NCBI GenBank assembly: GCA_963662665.2
Contig: CAXXJS010000037.1
Location: forward strand, 32,001-96,000
Direction of reading: 5' to 3'
Length of the DNA: 64,000 nucleotides
From: Candidatus Latescibacterota bacterium
Lineage (GTDB): Bacteria; Latescibacterota; UBA2968; GCA-2709665
The translations under genes and the position numbers were made by a program. Within the stretch, counting starts at the first letter, position 1; each line of letters opens with the position of its first letter. Positions 46,095 through 56,403 of this stretch are shown here, piece after piece. The notes under the pieces are model-generated. The model saw only the letters and a program-made list of their open reading frames with translations, was not told the origin of the DNA and searched no databases.

Positions 46095-47348
46095 TTATTT
46101 GAAAAGAAGCCCGAGATAAAAGACGGGGCTGAAGAGTTTCTTCTTTGGAACCGCGTTGGCGATCATTCCGGTAATAAGATCGCTGATCTGTGGATTTCGT
46201 GCCGCCTTTTGAATGACCAGATTGAGCAGGGGCCGCCAGCGGCCCAGGTCCTGCAGGCGCTTGCTGGTTCTGAGTTCGTCGCCAATGGCGTCCCAGAGAC
46301 GGTCTTCGTAACGGCTCAAAAAGCGGTCGCTGAAGTCGTTCGCCGTTTTGGCTTCGGCGGCCACCTGCGCGGCGAAACGCGCGGCGTACAGGGCGTTGCC
46401 GATGCCTTCCCCGGTGAAGGGGTCGATCAGCCCCGCGGCGTCGCCAAGAAGCATGTAACCGTTGCCATAGCTTTTCCTGCGGATGCTGCCGATGGGCAGG
46501 TTCCATCCGATGGGTTCTTCCAGGGCGCGTGCATTGGCAAAACGCCGGTCGAAGGGCGGGCGGCTGATCACTTTCTGAAGCGCATCCTTCAGATTGACTC
46601 TACGGCGCTTGAGGCTGCTGTGCAGCATGCCGATGCCGACGTTCGCATAGCCGTTCTCGAGGGGAAAGGCCCAGAAGTATCCCGGCAGGACTTCATTGAC
46701 GAAGTGCAGTTCGATCTGGTCCTTCAGTCCCGTCACGTTCTCGTAGTAACAACGCAGCGCCACAACCCAGTGCCGGCCGTCGTGGCGATATTGCCCGGTT
46801 CGGCGGGCGACGATGGAGTTGAAGCCGTCGCAGCCCAGGACCAGGTTGGCACGATAAGTGCGCTGCTGTCCATTGGTGCTGCCGGTTACGCCCGTGACGG
46901 TTCCGTTTTCCCGGACAAGATCCTTAACCGTAAACCCCTCGATGCAGGAATCGACGGATTCTCGGGCCTCGCCGAACAGAAAGGCGTCGAAAACCGTCCG
47001 GCGGATGACAAACCCCTCCATGGGGAGATCCCGCCCGGTACCGACGTCGTGAAGGGTATGCCGCTCCAGGTCGATCCAGGCATCCACGTGATTCGGGCTG
47101 CTGAAGACGATTTTATTGATGAACGCGCCGGGCAAATGCCGGATCTTTTCAAGCAGGCCGAGTTCGAGCAGTATGGCAACTGCTTTTCCCGACAGGGCGT
47201 CGCCGCAGACTTTGTCTCGCGGGAAGGTGGACTTGTCCAGCAACAGTGTCTTGAGACCGTGTCGGGCAGCGTACAGGGCGGCTGCCGATCCCGCGGGGCC
47301 TGCGCCCACGATGATCAAATCATAGGTCGTTCGTTGAGGGTCCGACAT
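46095..47348 (-). CDS. Geranylgeranyl reductase family FAD oxidoreductase
   Basis: IVGAGPAG, FPRDKVCGD, GYFWAFP, LGDAAGLIDPFTGEGI. Confidence 0.92.
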   Translation of the reverse strand: MSDPQRTTYDLIIVGAGPAGSAAALYAARHGLKTLLLDKSTFPRDKVCGDALSGKAVAILLELGLLEKIRHLPGAFINKIVFSSPNHVDAWIDLERHTLHDVGTGRDLPMEGFVIRRTVFDAFLFGEARESVDSCIEGFTVKDLVRENGTVTGVTGSTNGQQRTYRANLVLGCDGFNSIVARRTGQYRHDGRHWVVALRCYYENVTGLKDQIELHFVNEVLPGYFWAFPLENGYANVGIGMLHSSLKRRRVNLKDALQKVISRPPFDRRFANARALEEPIGWNLPIGSIRRKSYGNGYMLLGDAAGLIDPFTGEGIGNALYAARFAAQVAAEAKTANDFSDRFLSRYEDRLWDAIGDELRTSKRLQDLGRWRPLLNLVIQKAARNPQISDLITGMIANAVPKKKLFSPVFYLGLLFK

Positions 47349-47464
47349 AGAGTCTCTGGATCACGACGGCGAAAGATTCAAACTGCGGTACCTGTTAACA
47401 TATCCTTATCGTGCGGATGCGTCAAGCGAGAAAACCTGCCGACGAGGGCCGGGAGAACGGGGCA

Positions 47465-49639
47465 TTGAGCAAAAAACGTTCGCGACATTCGAAACGGCAA
47501 CGATCAGCCGGTTTCCGCAACCCCGCCAGCGTCGCTGCCGTGTTTCTGGGGCTTCACGTCCTTCTCGCCTTCTGGCGTCCCAACCCCTTCTGGGGCGCAG
47601 ATTTCCTTTACTACCATTCCAATTCAGTCCGGGCAACTTTCGTAATGCTTGCCGTACTCGTTTTCGTCCCGCGGGTGCGTGCCCGGGTCCACGCATTGCT
47701 CGCGACGCTTCCTGTTGCCCTCTGGGGTAGCGGCGCCCGCGCCTGGCTGGCGCGCTCTCTGGTGATCCTCCTTGCGCTCGCGGGTTTTTATTGGTTGCAA
47801 TCCGCGCGGCACCTTCTGGGCGACGGGTACCTTTACCTGCGGGAATTGGACGCCGGAATCTGGCAACGCGTGGATCGTGCGCCCCTCACCTTCGCGCTGA
47901 TTCGAGTCCTGCATCGTGCCGGCGCCGATGTGTGGCATACCGCCGAGAACACGTACCGTGTCTACAGCTATGCCTCGGGTCTCCTGTACGTCCTGCTCGC
48001 TTTCGCCACGGCCGGCGCTCTTGGCAGGAATGACCGCGAAAAATCCATTGTGTTCGCCTTCCTCGTTACCGCCGGATACGTACAACTCTTCTTCGGTTAC
48101 GTGGAAAATTACGCTTTCTACATGCCGGCCAGTCTGCTCTATCTGCTGGCCGGCCTTCGATACCTGGCTAACCGTGCGCCACTTTTTGTACCTGCGCTGG
48201 TGCTGGGACTGCTCGTCCCGTTCCACTTCCTGTTTATTCTCTTCGCGCCTTCCCTTCTAATCCTCGCCTGCTACGGGTATCGGCGCAGGGAGACCTCAAC
48301 GCGGCGATGGAGCAATGTCGCGGCAAATCTGGCGGCGTTGTGCTCGGCTCCGCTCGCCGCCGTGCTGGTCTTCTGGTTGGCCGGCTTTGACTTCGGCGCT
48401 TTTATGGAGCGGACCGGCGGAAAACACCACATCCTCCCCTTTATTTCGAAACCGGGTTTTTACGTGCCCTACCGCATCTTCTCCATCTCACATTTATTGG
48501 ATTTCGTCAACCTGCAAATCCTCTCGGCCCCCGCGGCGTTGATGGCGCTGTTCGTGTTCGGCAGGAAAGACTTTCAATACCATCCCTTTCTCCTGGCCGC
48601 GGCCGCCGTCCCGCTCGTCTTTACGTTCATTGCCAACCCCGAGATCGGCGCTTTCAGGGACTGGGACATTCTGGCGCTACCTGCCCTTCCCCTCACCCTC
48701 TGGGCCGCAGCGGCGCTACTGAAATTCCGCGAACGGGCGGAACCCCGTTCGCGTAACGTATCCTTGATTTGCGCAGCAGCCGCACTGCACACCGTGTTAT
48801 GGATTGGCGTAAACGCCAACCCCGTGACCGCAGAGGCGCGATACACACACCTCACGGGCCGGCTGAGCGGCCATGCCGCCTCATACGGTTGGGAAACGCT
48901 CGGTACCTATCACAGGCTTCAGGGAAAAACGGTACCGGCGTTGAACGCCTACAGGCGCGCGCTCGACGCGAATCCAAAGAACCCCAGACACTGGCTGTCG
49001 GTGGGGATCAGCTACTGCGACCTCGGCCATGCGGAGCGCGGGATCGACTACCTCAGAAAAGCAATTGAGATACAACCGGACCTCGCGGATGCGCATATCA
49101 ATCTGGGCGCCGCCTATCTGGGAACCGGGCGCCACGGGTCTGCGATCGACCACCTTGAGAGAGCCGTTGAACTCCAACCCGGCGCCGCGATTACATATGT
49201 CAACCTCGGCGCCGCCTACAACGAGACGGGCAGGCACGGCGAAGCCCTTAAACCTCTCAAAAAGGCTCTTGAAATACGACCCGGACACGCAGGGGCGCAT
49301 GTCAATCTCGGCGCGGCCTACCATGGTCTCCGCCGGCACGAGGAAGCCGTTGAACACCTCAAGAAAGCACTGGAACTCCAGCCCGCACTGGCCACCGCGC
49401 AAACCTACCTGAACATCGGCGGTACGTACCACAGCATGGGTCAGTTCGAAAAGGCGATTCCATATCTTCAGAAAGCCATTCAAATCAACCCCCGGCTCCC
49501 AAACGCCTACTTCAACCTGGGCCTGGCCTACGGCGCTCTGAATCGCATGGAGGAAGCCAGGGCCAACCTGCGAAAAGTCCTGGAACTGAATCCCGACGAT
49601 CCCCAGGCGCCAATGATCAGGCAATTGCTAAAAGAGTAA
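47465..49639 (+). CDS. Polytopic membrane protein with C-terminal TPR repeats (start uncertain)
   Basis: More than 10 TM helices, LLGDG, QLFFGYVENY, RDWD; TPRs AHINLGAAY..AIELQP. Confidence 0.8.
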   Translation: MSKKRSRHSKRQRSAGFRNPASVAAVFLGLHVLLAFWRPNPFWGADFLYYHSNSVRATFVMLAVLVFVPRVRARVHALLATLPVALWGSGARAWLARSLVILLALAGFYWLQSARHLLGDGYLYLRELDAGIWQRVDRAPLTFALIRVLHRAGADVWHTAENTYRVYSYASGLLYVLLAFATAGALGRNDREKSIVFAFLVTAGYVQLFFGYVENYAFYMPASLLYLLAGLRYLANRAPLFVPALVLGLLVPFHFLFILFAPSLLILACYGYRRRETSTRRWSNVAANLAALCSAPLAAVLVFWLAGFDFGAFMERTGGKHHILPFISKPGFYVPYRIFSISHLLDFVNLQILSAPAALMALFVFGRKDFQYHPFLLAAAAVPLVFTFIANPEIGAFRDWDILALPALPLTLWAAAALLKFRERAEPRSRNVSLICAAAALHTVLWIGVNANPVTAEARYTHLTGRLSGHAASYGWETLGTYHRLQGKTVPALNAYRRALDANPKNPRHWLSVGISYCDLGHAERGIDYLRKAIEIQPDLADAHINLGAAYLGTGRHGSAIDHLERAVELQPGAAITYVNLGAAYNETGRHGEALKPLKKALEIRPGHAGAHVNLGAAYHGLRRHEEAVEHLKKALELQPALATAQTYLNIGGTYHSMGQFEKAIPYLQKAIQINPRLPNAYFNLGLAYGALNRMEEARANLRKVLELNPDDPQAPMIRQLLKE

Positions 49640-49960
49640 GCTGTCAGCCTTCAGCTAAGAGCAAAAGGCGAGACCTACCCCCTGGCCCCCTTCCCAGGGG
49701 AAGGGGGGAACTGTCATCAAGTGAAGACATCTCGCTTTGCTCCCCCGCTCCCTTGGGAGAGGGGGCCGGGGAGAGAGGTCTGCGCCACCGGTGCAAATGT
49801 TGGGGCAGACATTGTGGTTGCCCTCATAGTGGCGCAGAATTCGATCGCCATTGCACATCGTTTGTAGGGGCGGCCGGCCGGTCGCCCCTACGAAAACGGG
49901 CATCCGTGAAGTGATGTCGTCAGGCCGTATCGTAGACCGGGTTTAGCCGATAGCCGACAG
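49640..49960. repeat. REP-like mosaic (GTAG REP, CCCCTTCC/GGAAGGGG hairpins, AGCT heptamers)
   Basis: GTAGGGGCG..CGCCCCTAC at 49864-49891; GAGACCTACCCC..GGAAGGGGGGAACT also present inverted at about 63750-63789. Confidence 0.7.
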
Positions 49961-50052
49961 CAGTTTTGATGTTATTCCTTTGTGTCCTTGTGTCTCCGTG
50001 TGAGCCGAACTTCGTTTTCGCTGACGGCTAACAGCTGTTTATCCTGACACTG

Positions 50053-50892
50053 GTGGTTTTCTTGGACCGAATCTATTTCATCTCCGACGTCCATATCGGC
50101 GCGCCCGACATCGGGGACGGCGCCCGAGAGCGGGAAGACGTCCTTATTGACTTCCTCAAGTCCATCCGCCCCTGTGCACGAGCGCTTTATATCGTCGGCG
50201 ACCTGTTTGACTTCTGGTTTGAATACCGCACGACGGTCCCGTCGAACGGCGCCCGGGTCCTTTTCGAACTCTACAACCTGGTTGAGTCCGGCGCGCGTGT
50301 GATCTACCTGCCAGGTAATCACGACCTCTGGCCCGGCGAATACTTCTCCGGACAGCTCGGCGTTGAACTGCCGGGCGGGCCGATTACCGTGAGTCATCAG
50401 GGACTCAAGATCCACATTGCCCACGGAGACGAAATCCGGACCGACTGGCGGTTCCGCATGAGTCGCGGCATCCTGAAAAACCGATTCTGCATGAGCCTGT
50501 TCCGCCTGATCCACCCGGACCTTGGGGCTGTCCTTGCCAGGTATACGTCCCGCCTCTCCGAGTACCGAATCCGGAGGCGCGGTTCAGGTAACCGGGATAT
50601 TCTCTATAAGGCCGCGCGAGAGAAAATCGCACAGGGCGTCGACGTCGTGATCCATGGCCACTACCACTTCTCTCTGCACGCCCGCGTGGGCGGTCCGGCA
50701 GACGGTCAGGCAGATCCGACGATGCGTCCCCGGGATGATGCCCGAGCCGAACGCAGCGGCGAACTCGTCGTCCTGGGCGACTGGATTCAGAAATGCACGT
50801 ATGCGGTATTGGAAAACGGGAAAATCCGGCTTGAGAAATGGGAAAAGCGTGTACTTTCCGAGCCGGTGACCGGGCCGGAGGAAACAGATTAG
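50053..50892 (+). CDS. lpxH: UDP-2,3-diacylglucosamine hydrolase (LpxH-like metallophosphoesterase)
   Basis: FISDVH, VGDLFDFW, PGNHD, AHGD, HGHYH, LGDW. Confidence 0.8.
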   Translation: MVFLDRIYFISDVHIGAPDIGDGAREREDVLIDFLKSIRPCARALYIVGDLFDFWFEYRTTVPSNGARVLFELYNLVESGARVIYLPGNHDLWPGEYFSGQLGVELPGGPITVSHQGLKIHIAHGDEIRTDWRFRMSRGILKNRFCMSLFRLIHPDLGAVLARYTSRLSEYRIRRRGSGNRDILYKAAREKIAQGVDVVIHGHYHFSLHARVGGPADGQADPTMRPRDDARAERSGELVVLGDWIQKCTYAVLENGKIRLEKWEKRVLSEPVTGPEETD

Positions 50893-50955
50893 GGAGATGG
50901 CGATGCGCCAGCGACCCATCCAAACACAATTGCACCATCCGCACCGGGCGTCTCA

Positions 50956-52446
50956 ATGATTCTATCCATCGACCAGGGCACCACGGGCACAACCGTGCTC
51001 GTTATCAATCGTGAAGGTGACGTTGCCGGCCGCGCTTATGCGGAATTCAGGCAGATTTACCCCCAACCCGGTTGGGTTTCTCACGATGCGGAGGAGATCT
51101 GGCGCTCCACCGCTGGCGTGATTGCCGAGGCGATCCGCAACGCGGGCGTGCGCCTGACATGTATTGCGGGTGTCGGGATAACCAACCAGCGGGAAACCAC
51201 CGTCATATGGGACCGCCGCACAGGTGAACCGGTGCACGACGCCATTGTGTGGCAATGTCGCCGGACCGCCGACATTTGCAGGCGCTACCAGGAACGGGGT
51301 CTTGAAGAAGTGGTCCGCGAAAAGACCGGCCTCGTCATAGACGCCTACTTTTCCGCCACCAAAATCGTCTGGCTCCTGGAAAACGTCCCCGGACTCCGTC
51401 GCCGGGCCGAAGCCGGCGACCTATGCTTCGGCACCATCGACACCTACCTCCTCCACCGTCTCACGAACGGCAAGGTTCACGCGACGGACCATACCAACGC
51501 CTCCCGCACCATGTGTTTCAATATCCACACGAAAGCGTGGGACGCGGACCTGCTGGACGTGTTCAACGTTCCGCGGGCGATCCTCCCGGAGGTCCACCCC
51601 TCCGCTCATGTGTTCGGCAATACCGCAGGCGCCGGTCCGCTTCCGGAAGGCATCCCCATCGCGGGTATCGCTGGAGACCAGCAGGCTGCACTCTTCGGGC
51701 AGCGCGGCGTATCCGAGGGCGACGTCAAGAACACCTACGGTACCGGCTGCTTCGCCCTTTTCCACACGGGCCCGAACGCGTTTCCTTCCAGGAACGGCCT
51801 GCTCACCACGATAGCATGCGACAGCCGGGGCGGTCCCGCCTTCGCCCTGGAAGGATCGGTTTTCAGCGCCGGCTCAGCCGTTCAGTGGTTGCGCGACGGC
51901 CTCGGCCTGATCGCGCGTGCGGCCGAAACCGAAGCCCTTGCCAGATCCGTGCCGGACAATGGCGGCGTCTACCTGGTGCCCGCATTTACGGGCCTCGGCG
52001 CGCCGTACTGGGACCCTGATGCCCGCGGGACGATCGTTGGCGTCAACCGCGGCACAGGACGCGCCCACCTCGCGCGCGCCGCCCTGGAGTCCATCGCCTA
52101 TCAAAGCGCCGCTCTCGTGGATGCGATGGCCGCCGATACGGGGCGTCCGGTCGCCGGATTGCGCGTTGACGGCGGCGCTTCGGCGAACGATTTCCTGATG
52201 CAGTTCCAGGCAGACATCCTCGATACGCCGGTGATCCGGCCCCGCCACACGGAGACAACCGCCCTGGGCGCCGCCATGCTGGCGGGCCTCGCGACCGGTT
52301 TCTGGACGGGACCGGACGCGCTTTCGGACCTGAACCCTCCCGAACGCACTTTCGAACCCTCCATGCCGGGAAAAAAGCGCGACGTCCTGCTCAAACGTTG
52401 GCGCCGTGCCGTACAAACCGCCAGGTACCACGGTAATCAGGAATAA
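50956..52446 (+). CDS. glpK: Glycerol kinase
   Basis: [43 protein letters not shown]. Confidence 0.97.
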   Translation: MILSIDQGTTGTTVLVINREGDVAGRAYAEFRQIYPQPGWVSHDAEEIWRSTAGVIAEAIRNAGVRLTCIAGVGITNQRETTVIWDRRTGEPVHDAIVWQCRRTADICRRYQERGLEEVVREKTGLVIDAYFSATKIVWLLENVPGLRRRAEAGDLCFGTIDTYLLHRLTNGKVHATDHTNASRTMCFNIHTKAWDADLLDVFNVPRAILPEVHPSAHVFGNTAGAGPLPEGIPIAGIAGDQQAALFGQRGVSEGDVKNTYGTGCFALFHTGPNAFPSRNGLLTTIACDSRGGPAFALEGSVFSAGSAVQWLRDGLGLIARAAETEALARSVPDNGGVYLVPAFTGLGAPYWDPDARGTIVGVNRGTGRAHLARAALESIAYQSAALVDAMAADTGRPVAGLRVDGGASANDFLMQFQADILDTPVIRPRHTETTALGAAMLAGLATGFWTGPDALSDLNPPERTFEPSMPGKKRDVLLKRWRRAVQTARYHGNQE

Positions 52447-52542
52447 AAAAAGCGATCACATGGATCGCTAATCGAGATAACAAAGGTCGAAAGTAGTGGT
52501 CACGTAGAATTTCCCCCACCCCCTAACTTCCCGAATTCCCTT

Positions 52543-52838
52543 GCCCTTTTTCTTTTTCGCCAAAGAAAAAGGGCCAAAAAGAACGGCGCCGCTCAGACGC
52601 CGCGGGGCTGCTTTTCCACGAATCGTCTCAAGGGAACTAAGGGACGGCATTGCCCTGAGAACGATGGGAGCGATACCGTACCAAGCTGCCGAACGGAATT
52701 ACGCGGAAAAGCCCCTACCGCCCGGACCGTGCGCTTGAAGGGACCGCACGAGTTTGGATACGATGGTGATGTTGTACGTTAAAGCGCGGAACGCCTGGTT
52801 CTGGCCTTCGAGGTTGATGGTGAGCGGCGCGTTTTTTG
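52543..52838. other. About 300-nt highly base-paired non-coding element (unassigned)
   Basis: 13-bp hairpin at 52543-52574; GCGCCGCTCA 52586-52595 pairs with TGAGCGGCGC 52821-52830 and encloses at least three further stems. Confidence 0.5.
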
Positions 52839-52910
52839 CCGCGAACAAAAGCCCCAACACCACCCCCGGATGGCCATGAGGTATACTGCGAAGGCGTTTT
52901 GAACGTGTAT

Positions 52911-53273
52911 TCATGATATCAACCGAAAACTCCCGAGTTCGTTGGCCAGATTGAAGTATTCTCGATCGTCCACGGCGTGGAGCGTTATTGCAGTAACGAC
53001 ACTCTTTCTCTTCAACGGGAAGAGAACGAAGTACCAAACCAGAAGACCAACAATGCCAAATGGCCATGCGCCGGTGAGAGTCAGATAAACGGCCACGGCC
53101 ATCGCGAACAATTCGAGCTTTCGAACAAACAGATTTAAAAGCAGAAAGCTCCAGGGCAGCTTCAACTCCAGCGCGCACCTGTTTCTCCACGTTACGTCGA
53201 ATGCTACCTTTCCGCTATCACTCACGTGCCGGCGAAATGAATCCCAATCGAAAGAAGACAATTGACCATCCAT
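52911..53273 (-). CDS. Small hypothetical membrane protein
   Basis: 120-aa ORF with two hydrophobic segments, starting 6 bp after the NYN gene. Confidence 0.6.
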   Translation of the reverse strand: MDGQLSSFDWDSFRRHVSDSGKVAFDVTWRNRCALELKLPWSFLLLNLFVRKLELFAMAVAVYLTLTGAWPFGIVGLLVWYFVLFPLKRKSVVTAITLHAVDDREYFNLANELGSFRLIS

Positions 53274-53279
53274 TGCAAG

Positions 53280-53912
53280 TCAGTTTCCCCACCTTTTCGG
53301 ACAACGCTGGATATGACCATCCTGCTTTTTTACTTCCAGTGGCAACCTACTCTTCCGAAATCTGCTTTCTCTGATCGTAAATGCGTTCGTTGAAACCGTA
53401 GATAATTCGCTTGAATGTCTGCCGGGTGGGAAGGCAACAATGACTCGTTTTTGTGGATGGCGCGCAATTACTGCCGTTACCGGGGGAGAAAGATCACTGT
53501 CACCTGAGACCACTATTGCGGTGTCAAACCTGTCATCTTGCGCGTCACAGAGCAATTCAACCGCGATCGTCACATCAGTCTTCTTTTCTTCGGCGCCGTA
53601 CCACTCTGCTCCACACCGCCGGCAACGAACGGACTTATCTATATAATGGCCAAAATAAAACTCGATACCCCCAATTGCTTCCAACGCTTCAAGGAATGTA
53701 TTTTGGCGTTTCCATTTTCCCGAGTTTCCGGGTCTCTGAGATACACGTAAAGTGAAATACTAGACCGCCTCCAACTGTTGAGAACCTTTCAGCAGGGATT
53801 GCGACAATCGCTTTAAATCAAGCCAGAGATAGCGATTATTCCACTTTTCCTTTATTCCATAATAAAGGTTGAATCCGTCGATATATACAATAACCCGATT
53901 ATTGTAACTCAT
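53280..53912 (-). pseudogene. NYN (LabA/DUF88) ribonuclease gene with one in-frame TAG at codon 51
   Basis: MSYNNRVIVYIDGFNLYYG..WLDL..QLEAV*YFT..EEKKTDVTIAVELL.DA..VVSGDSDLSP; the frame is continuous across the stop at 53762-53760. Confidence 0.85.
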
Positions 53913-53969
53913 TTTCCCTGTCATCGTTTCTTCTTGACAATTAGCCGGAAAGAGGTGTATTTTTCACGT

Positions 53970-54048
53970 GCTACGGCATATGTGCCCCCCGGAGGATAGT
54001 ATTCTCCGGCCCGACGCCCACTGTCTTTGACGTGGGCGTTTCTTTTTT
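53970..54048 (+). ncRNA. Candidate ~80-nt small RNA divergent from the NYN gene
   Basis: TTGACA 53934-53939, 18 bp, TATTTT 53958-53963; hairpins; plus-strand terminator GACGCCCAC..GTGGGCGTT-TCTTTTTT with no plus-strand CDS upstream. Confidence 0.45.
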
Positions 54049-54183
54049 GGTTTTGACGCCTTCCGCTGCAGGCAGGCCGGAGGAGAGGTCCCCTCGACCG
54101 CGAATTGATATCGCTTGGCCATATCGAATACCGGTGGACGGGGTGTGGTCCTCTCCCTTCTAACGTCTCCCCTCTCCCCGCTT

Positions 54184-55857
54184 TTATTCGTCCGTCACGC
54201 AACCCTCGGAAGCCGTTGTCACGGTCTTGATATATTTGTAGAGCGTTCCCTGCGTGGCTTTGTATGGCGGGGCCTCCCATGCCGCACGTCGATTCGCCAG
54301 TTCCTCATTGCTCAGGTCAACGTTGATCTCGTTGGACTCGGCGTCGATTGTAATCACGTCCCCGTTCTCGACAAGGGCGACCGTGCCGCCCACCTGCGCT
54401 TCGGGCGTGATGTGTCCCACGACAAATCCGTGCGAGCCTCCGGAGAACCGTCCGTCCGTAATCAGCGCCACGTCATTGCCCAGGCCCGCTCCCATAATCA
54501 CCGACGTGGGCGTGAGCATCTCAGGCATGCCAGGCCCGCCCGTAGGCCCCTCATAACGGATAACCACCACACATCCCTTCTTCACCTCGTTTCGCTCCAC
54601 TGCGCCGAGGAGATCCTCCTCGCGATCGAACACCATCGCGGGCCCTGAGAACCGCACCCCTTCCTTTCCCGTGATCTTGGCGACCGCGCCTTCCGCCGCC
54701 AGGTTTCCCCTCAGAATCCGAAGATGCCCCGTGGCCTTGATCGGCCGGTCCATCGGTCGAACGACCTGCTGTCCCTCGTCAAGCCCGGGCAACGCCGCGA
54801 GGTTTTCCCCAATCGTCTTTCCAGTTACCGTAAGACAGTCTCCATACAGAAGGCCGTTTTCCAGCAGAAGCTTCATCGCGCCCGGCGTTCCGCCCACGTT
54901 GTGCAGATCTTCCATCACATAGAGCCCGCTTGGCTTGAAGTCCGCCAACAACGGCACCCGGTCGCTCACTGCTTGAAAATCGTCGATCGAGAGCGCAACG
55001 CCCACAGACTTTGCAATCGCAACCAGATGCAGCACTGCGTTGGTCGATCCGCCGAGGGCCATCACGACCACCATCGCGTTCTCGAACGCCTCGCGGGTCA
55101 TAATGTCCCGGGGTTTGATGTCCTTCTCGAGCAGGTTACGGATGGCCGCGCCGGACTGGAAGCACTCCTCCAGCTTTCCCTTGTCCACGGCCGGCGTCGA
55201 AGAACTATAAGGCAGCGACATACCCATCGCTTCGATGGCGGACGCCATCGTGTTCGCGGTGTACATACCGCCGCACGCGCCGGCCCCCGGACAGGCGTGC
55301 TGCACGACGCCCTTCCTGGCTTCCTCGTCCAGATCGCCGGCCAGGTACTCACCGTAACTCTGGAAGGCGGACACGATGTCGAGCTTCTTGTGGTCGCGGA
55401 AACCCGGTTTGATCGTACCTCCATAAATCATCAATGACGGCCGGTTCAATCGCCCCATGGCCATCACGCAGCCCGGCATGTTCTTGTCGCAACCGGGCAG
55501 GGATATATTGGCGTCGTACCACTGGGCACCCATCACCGTCTCAATCGAATCGGCGATGAGGTCCCGCGACTGAAGCGAAAAGCTCATGCCCTCCGTGCCC
55601 ATGGAAATCCCGTCGCTCACGCCAATGGTGTTGAATCGCATGCCCAGCAGACCCGCCGCATCCACGCCCTGCTTCACCTTTGCGGCGAGGTCCAGCAGGT
55701 GCATATTACAGGTGTTTCCCTCGTACCACATGCTGGCGATGCCCACCTGCGCCTTGTCCATATCCGCTTCGGTCATTCCCGTTCCGTACAACATCGCCTG
55801 GGACGCGCCCTGGGATTTCACCTGCGTAATCCGGGAGCTGTACTTGTTCAATGCCAT
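54184..55857 (-). CDS. ilvD: Dihydroxy-acid dehydratase
   Basis: [52 protein letters not shown]. Confidence 0.97.
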   Translation of the reverse strand: MALNKYSSRITQVKSQGASQAMLYGTGMTEADMDKAQVGIASMWYEGNTCNMHLLDLAAKVKQGVDAAGLLGMRFNTIGVSDGISMGTEGMSFSLQSRDLIADSIETVMGAQWYDANISLPGCDKNMPGCVMAMGRLNRPSLMIYGGTIKPGFRDHKKLDIVSAFQSYGEYLAGDLDEEARKGVVQHACPGAGACGGMYTANTMASAIEAMGMSLPYSSSTPAVDKGKLEECFQSGAAIRNLLEKDIKPRDIMTREAFENAMVVVMALGGSTNAVLHLVAIAKSVGVALSIDDFQAVSDRVPLLADFKPSGLYVMEDLHNVGGTPGAMKLLLENGLLYGDCLTVTGKTIGENLAALPGLDEGQQVVRPMDRPIKATGHLRILRGNLAAEGAVAKITGKEGVRFSGPAMVFDREEDLLGAVERNEVKKGCVVVIRYEGPTGGPGMPEMLTPTSVIMGAGLGNDVALITDGRFSGGSHGFVVGHITPEAQVGGTVALVENGDVITIDAESNEINVDLSNEELANRRAAWEAPPYKATQGTLYKYIKTVTTASEGCVTDE

Positions 55858-55989
55858 GGGGTTCCTTTCCTGGTTGTCGCCCTGAAACCGTATTGTCCGC
55901 GGTTCCGTGTCAATTCCATTTTGTATTCGTTCAATCGAGATTTAATTTAATTGAATGCGGGACACCAGTCAACTGCCGGAAAATCGGGT

Positions 55990-56340
55990 AGAGGGGAGCC
56001 GGGAGACGGGAGAGGAAAAACCTGAAAGCGGGGAGAGGGTAGAGGTGAGACGGGAGAAGACGTCTTTGCCCGATTGGTTCTTCCTTTATGCCTCCGGCAA
56101 GAAATGAAACCGCACGAGGCAGGAAATCTCTCACGTCTTACGTCTCCCATCTCCCCCGGGGCATGGGTTCGGGTGGAGAAACGACCAGGCACTCATATCG
56201 TCTCACGTCTCCCCTATCACCGCTTCTGAGGGGCCGGGAGAGAGGTTCCGTCCGTATCGCCGACAGATTTCGCCAGTCCGTATCGATATCCGGTGAGCGA
56301 CGGGTGATCATCTCCCCTCTCCCGTCTCACGTCTCCCCGA
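55990..56340. repeat. Composite intergenic repeat with CGTCTCM/KGAGACG heptamers
   Basis: 56050-56150 resembles 39550-39660; 56230-56340 resembles 54075-54182. Confidence 0.7.
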
Positions 56341-56403
56341 ATCAATTGACCGTGAAAAACGAGAAGGGCGAATCAAGACGGTAGAAGAAGGACGAGACAA
56401 ACC

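Noticed and set aside
50680-50760. Insertion in the LpxH-like protein as an intein or mobile insert
   Set aside because: About 25 aa, no splicing motifs and no second copy in the window; probably a loop extension.
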